Of a stretch of DNA of 64,000 nt, positions 53,554 through 64,000 are shown one piece after another. Each line of letters opens with the position of its first letter. Position 1 is the first letter of the stretch. Location: positions 64,001 through 128,000 of the forward strand of contig CAXXFK010000001.1 in the NCBI GenBank assembly GCA_963663965.2, written 5' to 3'. The notes beneath the pieces are model-generated. The model had not been told where the DNA came from, searched no databases, and saw only the letters and a list, made by a program, of their open reading frames with translations. The translations under genes were made by a program, and so were the position numbers. The stretch comes from Sedimentisphaerales bacterium. Lineage in GTDB: Bacteria; Planctomycetota; Phycisphaerae; Sedimentisphaerales; SM23-30.

Positions 53554-53731
53554 GGAGCCGCGCATAAATAAATGCTGCATTTATCGCACAGCTTGTTGTC
53601 AGATTCAGTCGCGCCGATTGAGCGAAACCGCAGGCAGTGCTATTCTATGTCGAGGATTTCGCGATTGAGAAGCGGCTGAAGATGGCAGCAAGATGGGATG
53701 AAAAATGGAGGTGTTATTTATGCGCGGTTCC
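53554..53731. mobile_element. 178-bp MITE with 18-bp TIRs and TAA duplication
   Basis: GGAGCCGCGCATAAATAA...TTATTTATGCGCGGTTCC (17/18 match), with TAA at 53551-53 and 53732-34. Confidence 0.85.
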
Positions 53732-53792
53732 TAAGGAGCGTTCATCAATAAATGCTCCACAATATCTCCCGAAAAAGTGAATCAACCACACC

Positions 53793-54654
53793 ATGAAACA
53801 AGCAACCGACCTCGACCTGACCCCCTACAACTCCTACCGGATCAAAGCCATCGCCCGGTGTGCCTGGTTCCCTGAAACCCCCGAAGATCTCTGCCAACTG
53901 ACCGCCGATCCATCCCGCCCCAAAATCATCATCGGCGGCGGCTGCAATATCATCCTGTCCCAACCCTGTTACGATAACGTCGACTTCATCATCCTCGACC
54001 ACCACTTCTCCCAGACTACCGTCACCGGCCAGACCATCACCGCCCAGTCCGGCCAGTCCCTCAAACGCCTCAGCGAAATCGCCTGCGATCACCACCTCTC
54101 CGGCCTGGAAATCTTCTACGACATCCCCGGCACCCTCGGCGGCGCCATCTGCATGAACGCCGGCGCTCACGATGAATCCATCGGCAACCTCACCACCCGT
54201 GTCACCGGCTACGACCTCACCCGCCAGACCTTCATCACCCTCCACCCCGCCGAACTGGCCTTCGGCTACCGCACCAGTTTCTTTCACCTCCACAACAACA
54301 TATTAATCACCGAAGTCCAGCTCCAACTCACTCCCGGCGACCCCGCCGCTATCCGTCGTAAAATGACCGCCACCCAACAGGACCGCCGCAACAAACAACC
54401 CTGGAACACCCCCAACGCCGGCAGCGTCTTCAAACGCCCCGCCCGGCCGCTACGTCGGCCAGATCCTCGAACAACTCAACCTCAAAGGCAAAACCATCGG
54501 CGGCGCCCAGATCTCCACCAAACACGCCGGCTTCATCATCAACCACAACGGCCACGCCACCGCCCGGGACATCCTCGACCTCATCCACTTCATCCAAACC
54601 ACCGTCCAAAATAAACTCAACATCCAACTCGAACTCGAACAACGCATCATCTAA
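53793..54654 (+). CDS. murB: UDP-N-acetylenolpyruvoylglucosamine reductase, one frameshift near 54440
   Basis: GGGCNI, IPGTLGGAICMNAGA and NAGSVFKR, then ISTKHAGFIIN..LELEQRII in a shifted frame. Confidence 0.92.
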
Positions 54655-55471
54655 AGACAGGCACGTAATAGTCATCGCTGAGCTTGCCATTCAATACTTT
54701 CATGGCTTGGGTTTCAGCTGATCCAAACGTTTGCACGCTCCCATCAACATACAGAGCATTTAGACGAATCTTCAACTCATCTTTCGAAATGCCGTAACTG
54801 GCCATTCGATTCCACATCCTGGACACATTGGAATAATTTCCGATACTCCCACCCTTCTTGAAACGTTCACAACTGATATAATCCCCATCATACCATTGAT
54901 AAGCATTGGGAGTTTTCCCCAAAGTACATCCGGCTAGAGGCAACGCCGTTCTAAACCTATCCAAACGGGTAATACCCCTACAATACCCTTTTCGAATGGG
55001 TAAATAGCCTATATAATTCCAGTAGAATGAATAGGTACCCAGAGTAGGATCTGGATTGGGCAGATAATGGCTTTTATTTAAGACTTGACCCCAGACACTT
55101 TTAATATAGTCATCATCACGAGGAGCAGAAGGACAAGTCATCACTTTAGCATCCTCAATATATGTCCCCAGATATTGCTTAACCGAACGCGGCCCCTTAA
55201 ACTCGACATTAATTAAGGTTGTTGGCGACAGTCCGGTTTTTGCATTACCCTGCCCCATATAAGCTACCGTGGGCGGACATCGTTCGCTGTGATCCATCCC
55301 ATAAAAATTCACTGCCTTGCCAATAAAATTTAAGTTATCAGCACTAATTAACCGACGAGCTGCCATTCGGGCGTTATTCAAGGTGGGCATCAGGATGCTC
55401 AATAAGATCATAATGATACTTATTGTTACCAGCAGTTCGATCAAGGTAAATGCCTTCTTACTTGATCTCAT
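54647..55471 (-). CDS. Prepilin-type N-methylation (DUF1559-like) protein
   Basis: KKAFTLIELLVTISII..LLSILMPTL..AR, CPS, NALYVDGSV. Confidence 0.88.
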   Translation of the reverse strand: MRSSKKAFTLIELLVTISIIMILLSILMPTLNNARMAARRLISADNLNFIGKAVNFYGMDHSERCPPTVAYMGQGNAKTGLSPTTLINVEFKGPRSVKQYLGTYIEDAKVMTCPSAPRDDDYIKSVWGQVLNKSHYLPNPDPTLGTYSFYWNYIGYLPIRKGYCRGITRLDRFRTALPLAGCTLGKTPNAYQWYDGDYISCERFKKGGSIGNYSNVSRMWNRMASYGISKDELKIRLNALYVDGSVQTFGSAETQAMKVLNGKLSDDYYVPVFR

Positions 55472-55678
55472 TTTTATATCCCTGTTTCTAATTCTGCCTG
55501 GAAATCAACACTATCCAATTGGCCAATATCACCCTGGAAAAACAAATTGGCCCGCATATTCAGATAATGATTACCATCTTGGTTGGTTCGACTTATTAAT
55601 ACTATTAATAGGGGCACGAAAATTCAAAATCCACTATTTTTTAAAAAATATTTATATATTTTTCCAGTATTTAAGCTA

Positions 55679-55719
55679 ATGTGAGTTCCGCCTTCATATT
55701 CATCAGGCGGAACTCACAT
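55679..55719. terminator. 15-bp-arm hairpin downstream of the large secreted gene
   Basis: ATGTGAGTTCCGCCT-N11-AGGCGGAACTCACAT. Confidence 0.65.
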
Positions 55720-55790
55720 AGATTTACACGCTTGCCATTGATTTCTTGCGCCAGAAATCATATTTTTTTCGATTTCACTCTGGCCGAGAA

Positions 55791-58700
55791 TCACGGTAGC
55801 GAATTCAGCCAGTTAGCGCTCAAAATCGCCAGATCAGCCAGATCCACAAAGTTATCATGATTCAGATCGCCTTTAAGGATACGAATGCTCCGGCTGGCAT
55901 AGGACGTACCGCCATAAGCGCCCAGATTCACCCGTCCGCCGTTATGGGTCAATTCCATACCCACTCCTGATGCCGGATCACCCAGATCAATACACGGACT
56001 GGTCACCGCGTCCATCGCCCACAGTCCGTCCAGTTTACCAAACATCGCCGGATTGGCAGGATCCTCCGGGTAAAACCGGCCATTCTCGGATTTCAGGTGA
56101 TAATCGTTACTGTTGGGATCGGCAAACAGGGGCATGAGAGTATATTCCTGAATGCGATCATTATCATAATCGGTGATATACAACGTGCCGGTTTCTGCCA
56201 GATAAACACCAAACGGATAATTAAATTCCCCCTCGCCAGTTCCCGGTCCGCTGCCGAATGAGTATAGGAAACTCAGGTCATTATCCAGTTTGCAGATACG
56301 ATTATTATGAGCGTCGGCCACAAACACATCGCCGGTATCATCACAGGTAACTCCCCACGGATTGTTATATTGTCCATCGCCCGAACCACCACTGCCCGCG
56401 ACAGAAACGAAAGTACCGTCAGTAGTCCATTTACAGATCCGATGGTTATAAGTATCCGCGATGATCAGGTTGCCTTTGCCATCCAGGGCAATGCCGCCGG
56501 GATGGTCAAATTGCTCCGGACCGCTGCCAACGCTGCCAAACTTTTTAACAAAAGTACCCGTTTGAGTCCATTTGCAAATTCGGCTGTTATGAAAATCAGA
56601 GATATAAACATAATCCTCATCAACCGCCAGATATTCCGGCCGATCAAAGTTTTCATCACCGCTGCCCGGCCCGCTGCCCCAGTTCATCAGATGACAGCCG
56701 GCGGCAGTCCATTTACTGACCCGGTTGTTGTGACTGTCAAGGATATACAGATGGTCATCCCTGTCGATAGCGATCCCCTGGGGATACTGGAACTGATCGG
56801 CCGCCGTACCCGGCCCACTGCCAAGCTGTCCCACATAGTCATGGCTGGCCGTATATTTTTTCACACAGTGGTTGCCGCGATCAACGACATAAATATAACC
56901 CTCAGAATCTCTGGCAACATCATAAGGCATATTAAACTGAGAGTCTCCCGAGCCATATCCGCCCCACTGGCCGGCATAATGCGTATCGGGATCTTCCTAC
57001 AAAAGTAAAGTAAGCCGCGCAATTGACCAGATCGCCTAGGGGATTGTTCCACAGAATACTATTGGAAATCGCCGGATCGCCAATCCCGCCAGCCACAATA
57101 CCCTGCTGGTTATTAACAATCGTCAGGTGATCCAGGCTCGGGAAAACTGTTATACGCCTGAATACCGATCTGGCAGTCGCGAATCACAAAGTTTTTCAAA
57201 ACGCTGCCCGATTCTTCTGCCGCATGAAAACGCGCGCCATACCCCGCCGGATTGCTGATCACCGCCGCGTCCGCCGCGCTTTGCACCGTAATCGCCTTAC
57301 CCATAAAATCCACCGATTCTTCATAAACACCCGGCCAGACCAGGACCATATCCAGACTGTCTCCCGCCGTTTTAATCCCGTGGGATAATAGTGGCAAACG
57401 CGGTTTCCCGGCTCGCCCCATTATTGGAATCATCGCCATGAATTGTATCAATATGTAAGGTTCTAGGCAGGATACACCGGAATCCAATTTTGTAAGTAAG
57501 GGAGACCAGGACAATTGACTTGATTATTGACATACTCATATGTGACCTTGCAACTTTCCGGCTTATAGATCCCAACTGCCACCACGAAGAGATATGACTG
57601 TTCTGAATAGAGAGTGTGCTGGTCCATTCCCAGACATTGCCCGTTAGATCGCAAAGTCCATAACCAAATTCACCGTAATATCCAACAGGATTGACATAAG
57701 GTTTCTCTGACCAGCCCATCGGATTGGCAAAATTATAATTGGCAATATCTTGATTAATACTGACTCCGCAACCATAATTGAATGTGCCATTATAATCAGC
57801 GATTTCTTCCCATTCAGAAGAGGTTGGTAATCGATAACCATAATAATTACAAAATGCCACTGCCCCTTCCCATGTTATCATAATCACCGGATAGTTTGTC
57901 ATATTAATATTGTTTCGATCACGAACCTGAAAATCCCCATCAATATAATCGATTGAGCTATTAGAATCCGCTGAATATGTCTTGCAATAGACCGCCCCAA
58001 TAAAATCTTTTCCTGAATTCATGCCGTCAGCACCATAGACAAGATGATCTGTCCCAATTGTAATATCACCAGAACTCAAAGCGTCATTAAGGAATTGGCA
58101 ATATTGGGCATTCGTTGTTTCATACTTGCTGACATAACCGATAAAATCCGAATCTCCGTTGGCTGTCGTTTCATCTACAAGTATCCATTGCAATTCTAAA
58201 GACGATTTATTCAATTTATTGATCGTCACCGACAGGGAACCACTATTGTCATGATAAGAACTATAATCCTCAATATACATTTCGATCGCTTCCCCGCCTC
58301 CAACCACGTAAATCTTATATTCATGCGAAGCGCTGAAAACATGCGGAGCGTAAATAACACCATCCGTTGTGCCCAGCCAGTCATACTCAATACCATCCAC
58401 AATAATATCATGCACTGGATCACAGGCCTCTTCATACGGACTGGCAGGATTAATCCATTTCCATTCCGCGTCATTACCGCCACTGGAACCAGCCTTATAA
58501 GTACCGGATGCGGTCAATTCATAGAGTTGCCCTGTCAACAAAACCGGCGTGCTCACCATTGTTTTCTGGGTCGCGTCAATAACCAGTTGATCCACCAGTT
58601 CTTTTGTGACTGCTAATGGATTAATCACAACCGTTAGAGAACCCGAATTGTCATGATACGAATTATAATCCTCAACATAAAAACTGGCAGGTTGCCCTTT

Positions 58701-59078
58701 GCCGATATAGTATATTTTGTAGACATGATCGGGACTGAAGGTGTTCGGTGTAAATACGATGCCATCTGTTGTGCCCAGCCAGTCATACTCAACACCATCC
58801 ACAATCACATCATGCACAGGATCACAAGGCTCTTCATACGGACTCGCTGGATCAATCCATTTCCACTCCGCGTCATTACCGCCACTGGAACCGGCTTTAT
58901 AGGTCCCCGAAGCGATAATCTCATACAACTGCCCAGCTTCCAGCGTAGCGGACAGCACCGGTGTATTGGAGGTACAATCAATAATCAGCGTTTCCGCCAA
59001 CGTGCTGCTAACCAGCACCAACAATAAAACCAAAGCAAAGATGAGGATACTATTTTGTCTTCTTACAGTCGTGTTCAT
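55791..59078 (-). CDS. Large secreted multidomain protein (2 lectin-like repeats, FGE-like domain, beta-helix, NHL repeats, dockerin-like tail), frameshifted
   Basis: Signal peptide, tandem repeats of about 125 aa, YETTNAQY..GLCDLTGNVWEW..GFRC, VWPGVY.ESVDF.GKAITV, NHL repeats and GDLNHDNFVDLADLAIL..NWL. Confidence 0.8.
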
Positions 59079-59103
59079 TTTTTATCTCCTTAGTTAACTG
59101 TTT

Positions 59104-60877
59104 TTATTCAATACCCTTAAACCAGAATGCTCGTTTGTCAAACATGTTAATGTCATTGCCCGGCCGTGGCTTGACAAAACCGTCTGGCAAACTGTTAATC
59201 AGGTTGAATTTCAATTCACCCATCGTTTTTGTTTCCATCTCCAATAACAACCTTCTCAATCCAGTCGGAATCCAGACCAATCTGATAATCAAAGCGATAT
59301 TGAGCCGTACGCATTCGAATGGACGCACGGGTATTGTCCTCTCCTCTTTTCAATTCAAAGTAATAACCAGCAAGACACGCATCCCGCCGCACCGTATCGA
59401 TCGCGTGCAAACCCACCCAGGGCCGGACGAAACCCCAGCGGATAATGTCCCTTTTCCGCAAAATAGCGCTTGCCGCCAATAGTTAAATAAACCCAGGGAT
59501 CGCGCTCCCCGTAGTGTGCCATAACAAATGGCATGCAACCGTATCCGGCCACTTTTTTCCCATTGAATTGACCCGTAATAGTAAAATAACTCCAGCCCTG
59601 CCGGTGAAACGCATCGCGCAGATCCTTGACCTGGACACCCTCATTCCACGGATGGTTAAAATAGGCCTCACCATCGGCATTGGGATGGTCACACAGCCCG
59701 ATTTCTTGACCTTTTCTGCTAAACATGGGACAGGCCAGACTATTATTAAGCCCATTCCGCACGAGTGCCTGATCCCAGTCTGAAATCCCACCGTTAATTC
59801 GATTAATCGTATTAGCCAGCGGGCTGGAATCGGTCGGCAACCGCATAATGGTCAGGTCTCTATTAAAACAACAACTATTCAACTTGTACAAAGTACCCTT
59901 GCTTATATCATAATAAAAGTTACCGTCCCGGTTCCGTACCCACATCGCCAGAGGATCACCGGTTTCGGCGTCAATCACATCGTTTCGCATAATGAGCGGT
60001 CCAGCAGGACCCTCTGGAAAAGCAATCCGGCATTCCCCAATCCGCTCCGCCTCAGGCAGGCATTGAATGAATCCCGAACCTGCCTGATTAGCTGTACCTG
60101 TATTTATACCATGATAACCCGCCCCGTCAGGCGTTAAAATTGCCGTTGAGGTCACAGCAACACCAATCACCGCAGCTGTAACACCCCCTTCACACTGGCC
60201 AGACTGGACATCGCCGTTGCCGGCGCGCCACCTTAAGCGTCTGGGCCGAAATCGCGACTCCCCGGCTGGCCGCCTCGGTCGTCGCGGTCAGCTTGCCAAA
60301 CGCGATCAGCGCCGTCAATAAAGCGGCCTTGCTCAACCCATTGCGGGCCAGCTTCTTCTGCAACGCCCCTTCGCCCTGCGTAACAACATCCGAACGCCAA
60401 ACTCCCTGCGACCCATCGTCTCGGCGATCTCCGCAACGCCATATCTTCATAACAGCGCAACACCAGCACCTGCCGATGCTCATCCTTCAGTTCATACATG
60501 GACTTAAGCACCGCGTCGGCGAGTTCTTTGCTGATCAGATTGGATAATCCCTTGGCTTGTTCCATTTTCGTTCCGGCCCAGGCATTCCGGGCGATGGCTT
60601 TCTGACGCCCTTCTTTGCGGCGATAATCCCTGATTTTATTAAACGCGATGCGTCGCAGCCACGGCCAGAACTTTTCCGAATCTTGTAATTTCCCCAGGCA
60701 CTTTGCCATATCGATTAAGCTTTCCTGAATAATATCCTGAGCGTCGTGATGATCCAGGGTCATGCGAGTCACATATTCCTCTAACCGGGGGCGAACCTGT
60801 TCAATCAGGCAGTTCAGGTCGCGTTCATCACCGTTGCAGGCGCTTGCTATTAACTTGTTATCTTTTAAAAACTCCAA
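59104..60877 (-). CDS. ECF sigma factor with TM helix and large C-terminal domain, frameshifted
   Basis: AQDIIQE, FWPWLRRIA and VLVLR. The linker GLSKAALLTALIAFGKLTA is shared with the ECF at 16883-18148. Confidence 0.8.
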
Positions 60878-61508
60878 AATGCGCTCCGTCTTTTAACTGG
60901 TTTTAGTTCATCTTTGAATTTCTCCTCATTCAATTCATTTTGCCTGATTTACCCCATAGTCTGACACCATCAAAAAAATTGAACGGTTTTTTATCTTTAT
61001 TTTCCAAATAAAGTTAATTCCGCAGAACACAGCCACTATCACCGCACTCCAGCTCATATTACCAGATCCCCCCGGCCATACAAGCACCATAAAACCCACT
61101 GCTTATAATTAAATACTACAAATATTCCTAAGTGTTTCTTGACTTAAGCATACGTCATATTTTTTTAAAATATCAGGTTAAATCAATAGTTTCCATTCAA
61201 CCTAAATCATCATAACCACCATCCATATAGATAGTTATGCATTTCAATTCCAATGATTCACAAATCCGATAACCCACATCCGCTCTATCGCATTGCCATC
61301 CATAAACAACTTCCTTTAGTATAACAACTTAAAACACTCCAAAATTACCATCCACTCAATAATACATATGGAGAATAATACCATGCACAAACATGGCACA
61401 TCCCGGCTGCTGGCCTGGTTCTTTCCGGTATCTTTTTATTGGAAAATCCCCCTTTATTTGTTAAAATGTTCTTATCATCCGGTCAAATAGAGTTGGCCGG
61501 AATAGCAG

Positions 61509-61612
61509 ATACCCTTTACGATTAAAAAATGCCCGCATAGCAGTTATATAAGTCTTTTACGAGTATAGACTTAGCTTGCGAGCGATCAGGCATTTCCATC
61601 CCTGATGGGTAT
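61509..61612. repeat. About 104-bp hairpin element, copy B (MITE-like)
   Basis: ATACCC..AAATGCC..TAAGTC-N13-GACTTA..GGCATTT..GGGTAT. Homologous to 23118-23220. Confidence 0.8.
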
Positions 61613-61676
61613 AATTGGGAATTCAAAACGACGCTCCCAATGGTATAGGGAGTTTTGTAAGAGGAGATAATATCCA

Positions 61677-64000
61677 ATGGATTTTAAAAGAGTAGATGTC
61701 CGGTTTTCACTGGGTTTAGGGCTCTCTATATTAATAGCACATGCCGCCTGGTGTTGCACCTATAGCGATGGCAGTGGAACAGAGGAAGATCCCTATCAAA
61801 TCGCTACTCCCGCTGATTTGCGGGATCTGATGACGGTGTATTCGGAATGGGAACATCATTTCATTCTGGTGAACGATATCGATATGGCCAATGAGGAGCC
61901 GTTTACCCAACTGCCCGGCGATCATCCTTTTAATGGCGTGCTCGATGGGAATGGTAAAAGAATCGGGAACCTTGTTATCGATTGCCCGGAACAGAATTAT
62001 GTAGGATTATTCGGTTATGTTGGCAGTAACGGGCAAATCAGAAATCTGGGTTTGGAGAATGTCTCCGTTAGCGGTCACAGTCTGGTTGGTGGTATATGCG
62101 GGAGCGGTGTTGGAAAAATCAGTCAATGTTATGTTACCGGACATGTTCAAGTGAGCGGGCACATCGGCGGTGGTATTTGTGGTGCGAATGGCGGTATGAT
62201 TGAAAGTTGTTATTCAAATTGTATGGTTTCGGGTCTTGAATATACTGGCGGATTAATTGGCGTTAATCAGGGGGGCAAGATATATTATTGCTATGCTAAG
62301 GGATTGGTCACAGGGCAGTATTTTGCCGGAGGATTGGCCGGAGAGAGAAGCAGTGCTTTTTTTGGATCGATCGTCAGTTGTTTCTGGAACATCCAATCCA
62401 GCGAACAGGCCGGCAGCATGGGAGGCAAAGGGCTGACCAGTGAACAGATGCGGACCATGCGGATTTTTCAAAATGCCGGCTGGGCCGAAAAGGGCTGGGT
62501 CATGGCCGATGGTGTAGATGCTCCGAGATTAGCATGGGAAGGGACCGATGGCATGCCGATTCCTCCCGCCGAACCTGTTCCATTGAATGGGGAAGGTACC
62601 ATTAACAGCCCATATGAGATCCATACTCCCGACGAGTTCGCATTATTAAGCTGGTACAGCGATATATTGAATAAGCCGATTCGAATCATGGCCGATCTTG
62701 ACTTATCCGGCATCCAGTTGTATCCGATCGGCGACCTGGGCATGTTCACCGGTTTACTGGATGGAAACAGGCATGTTATCGCCAATGCAGTTATCGATCA
62801 ACCCGATAGTTTTGGCGTTGGCATTGTCAGTCAAATGGGATCTGGAGGAGTGATAACCAGGATTGGCATCGAAAATGTAGCTATAACCGGCGGTTATAAA
62901 ACAGGCGGATTGTGTGGTTATAACTGGGGTGGAGCAATATATGATTCTTATGTAACTGGGTCAGTAAGCGGTGACACTTATGTGGGCGGATTGTGCGGAT
63001 TTACCGATAATATTCAGTCAACATCTGCAACAACTTGTTCTATTGGAGGATGTTATACCAACTGTCAGGTCACCGGAGAGAATTTTGTTGGTGGATTGTG
63101 TGGAGGCAATGGCGGAGGAATCACAACTTCGTATGCCGTGGGCGCCGTCACGGGACATTACAATGTAGGCGGCTTCTGTGGCTATTTGCCGTATGGCTTT
63201 ATTCATCAATGCTATGCCGCCTGTTCCATAACTGTCAGCAATGTCCCGGGTGAAGGTATTGGCGGTTTTTACGGCTCAAACTTAAATGGTCAGCTAAGTG
63301 GCTGTTTCTGGGATACCGAAGTGTCTGGAATAAATGATCCCGAACAGGGCTCCGGTCACGATACCGACGGCGTAATTGGTTTACCAACGGATCAGTTAGT
63401 AGGATCCCATGTTTATGAACAGGCCGGCTGGATATTTGCCGACTTTCCCATTACCATCCCGGCCTGGCGGGCAATGGCGGATAGCTATCCCCGGCTGATC
63501 TGGGAGGAACTGGAGGGCTATGCCACCATGCCGGCCCTGATTCATCTGGATCTGGAATCGGCATTAAGGCAACTGGCCGCCCAGGATTATGCTCTGAAAA
63601 CCGTTCATTTTGCTTATTCCGGCAGTGTGCCGGATGCTTTGGTGATTAATCAGCAGCCGGCTCCGGGAGTGGTTTTTCTGCCCGGGGATGTTGAGGTGGA
63701 GATTTGGGTGACGAAAGGTCAGAAATACAGCGGCGGAACCGGCAGCCAGGACGACCCTTATCGAATTGGCCGTATCGGCGATTATTATGAATTAATCGCC
63801 AATGAGAGTGACTGGAACCAGAATTTCATCATCACGGCCGACCTGGACTTTATGGGCTTGAGCGTAAGCGCTATTCATTGGGCAGGAGTCCTGGAAGGCG
63901 GCGGACACGTTTGCCAGAACCTGCAAAGTTTCAATGGATTGTTTCTCAATAATAGCGGGGCCATCCGGAACCTGGGTGTAAAAAATGCCCGGATCGATAG
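61677..64000 (+). CDS. Secreted GLUG-repeat protein with PASTA domain, 3'-partial, absent from the ORF track
   Basis: GAGGAG RBS, then MDFKRVDVRF...GSGTEEDPYQI and VGLFG/VGGLCG repeats. A PASTA-like segment at about 63528-63720 and a further GGTG..DDPYRI are in the same frame. Confidence 0.88.
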   Translation, partial: MDFKRVDVRFSLGLGLSILIAHAAWCCTYSDGSGTEEDPYQIATPADLRDLMTVYSEWEHHFILVNDIDMANEEPFTQLPGDHPFNGVLDGNGKRIGNLVIDCPEQNYVGLFGYVGSNGQIRNLGLENVSVSGHSLVGGICGSGVGKISQCYVTGHVQVSGHIGGGICGANGGMIESCYSNCMVSGLEYTGGLIGVNQGGKIYYCYAKGLVTGQYFAGGLAGERSSAFFGSIVSCFWNIQSSEQAGSMGGKGLTSEQMRTMRIFQNAGWAEKGWVMADGVDAPRLAWEGTDGMPIPPAEPVPLNGEGTINSPYEIHTPDEFALLSWYSDILNKPIRIMADLDLSGIQLYPIGDLGMFTGLLDGNRHVIANAVIDQPDSFGVGIVSQMGSGGVITRIGIENVAITGGYKTGGLCGYNWGGAIYDSYVTGSVSGDTYVGGLCGFTDNIQSTSATTCSIGGCYTNCQVTGENFVGGLCGGNGGGITTSYAVGAVTGHYNVGGFCGYLPYGFIHQCYAACSITVSNVPGEGIGGFYGSNLNGQLSGCFWDTEVSGINDPEQGSGHDTDGVIGLPTDQLVGSHVYEQAGWIFADFPITIPAWRAMADSYPRLIWEELEGYATMPALIHLDLESALRQLAAQDYALKTVHFAYSGSVPDALVINQQPAPGVVFLPGDVEVEIWVTKGQKYSGGTGSQDDPYRIGRIGDYYELIANESDWNQNFIITADLDFMGLSVSAIHWAGVLEGGGHVCQNLQSFNGLFLNNSGAIRNLGVKNARID

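Noticed and set aside
60900..61500. Possible RNA gene or origin in long AT-rich intergenic DNA (also 22700-23100)
   Set aside because: No tRNA cloverleaf, known ncRNA motif or DnaA-box cluster is visible.

Overview
A 64-kb bacterial chromosomal segment, inferred to be Planctomycetota (Phycisphaerae-like) from the DUF1559-type prepilins, VPAPGA sorting tails, Minf_1886-family gene and extended ECF sigma factors. Housekeeping blocks are purB, pyrE, fabZ-tmk-holB-ricT-metG and murB. Accessory content includes a two-component/radical-SAM cluster (4.8-12.3 kb), a palindrome- and repeat-rich zone with small orphan ORFs (12.6-14.4 kb), and a tandem array of five PEP-CTERM-like exported proteins interrupted by an intact IS630 (26.2-32.7 kb). 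There are also two paralogous modules of membrane-anchored ECF sigma + prepilin-type gene + secreted protein (15.6-18.2 and 54.6-60.9 kb) and several MITE/REP-like hairpin elements. Most genes between about 47.5 and 60.5 kb carry small frameshifts, probably assembly indels. No rRNA, tRNA or CRISPR array was seen. All family calls come from motif recognition by eye, not from database searches.
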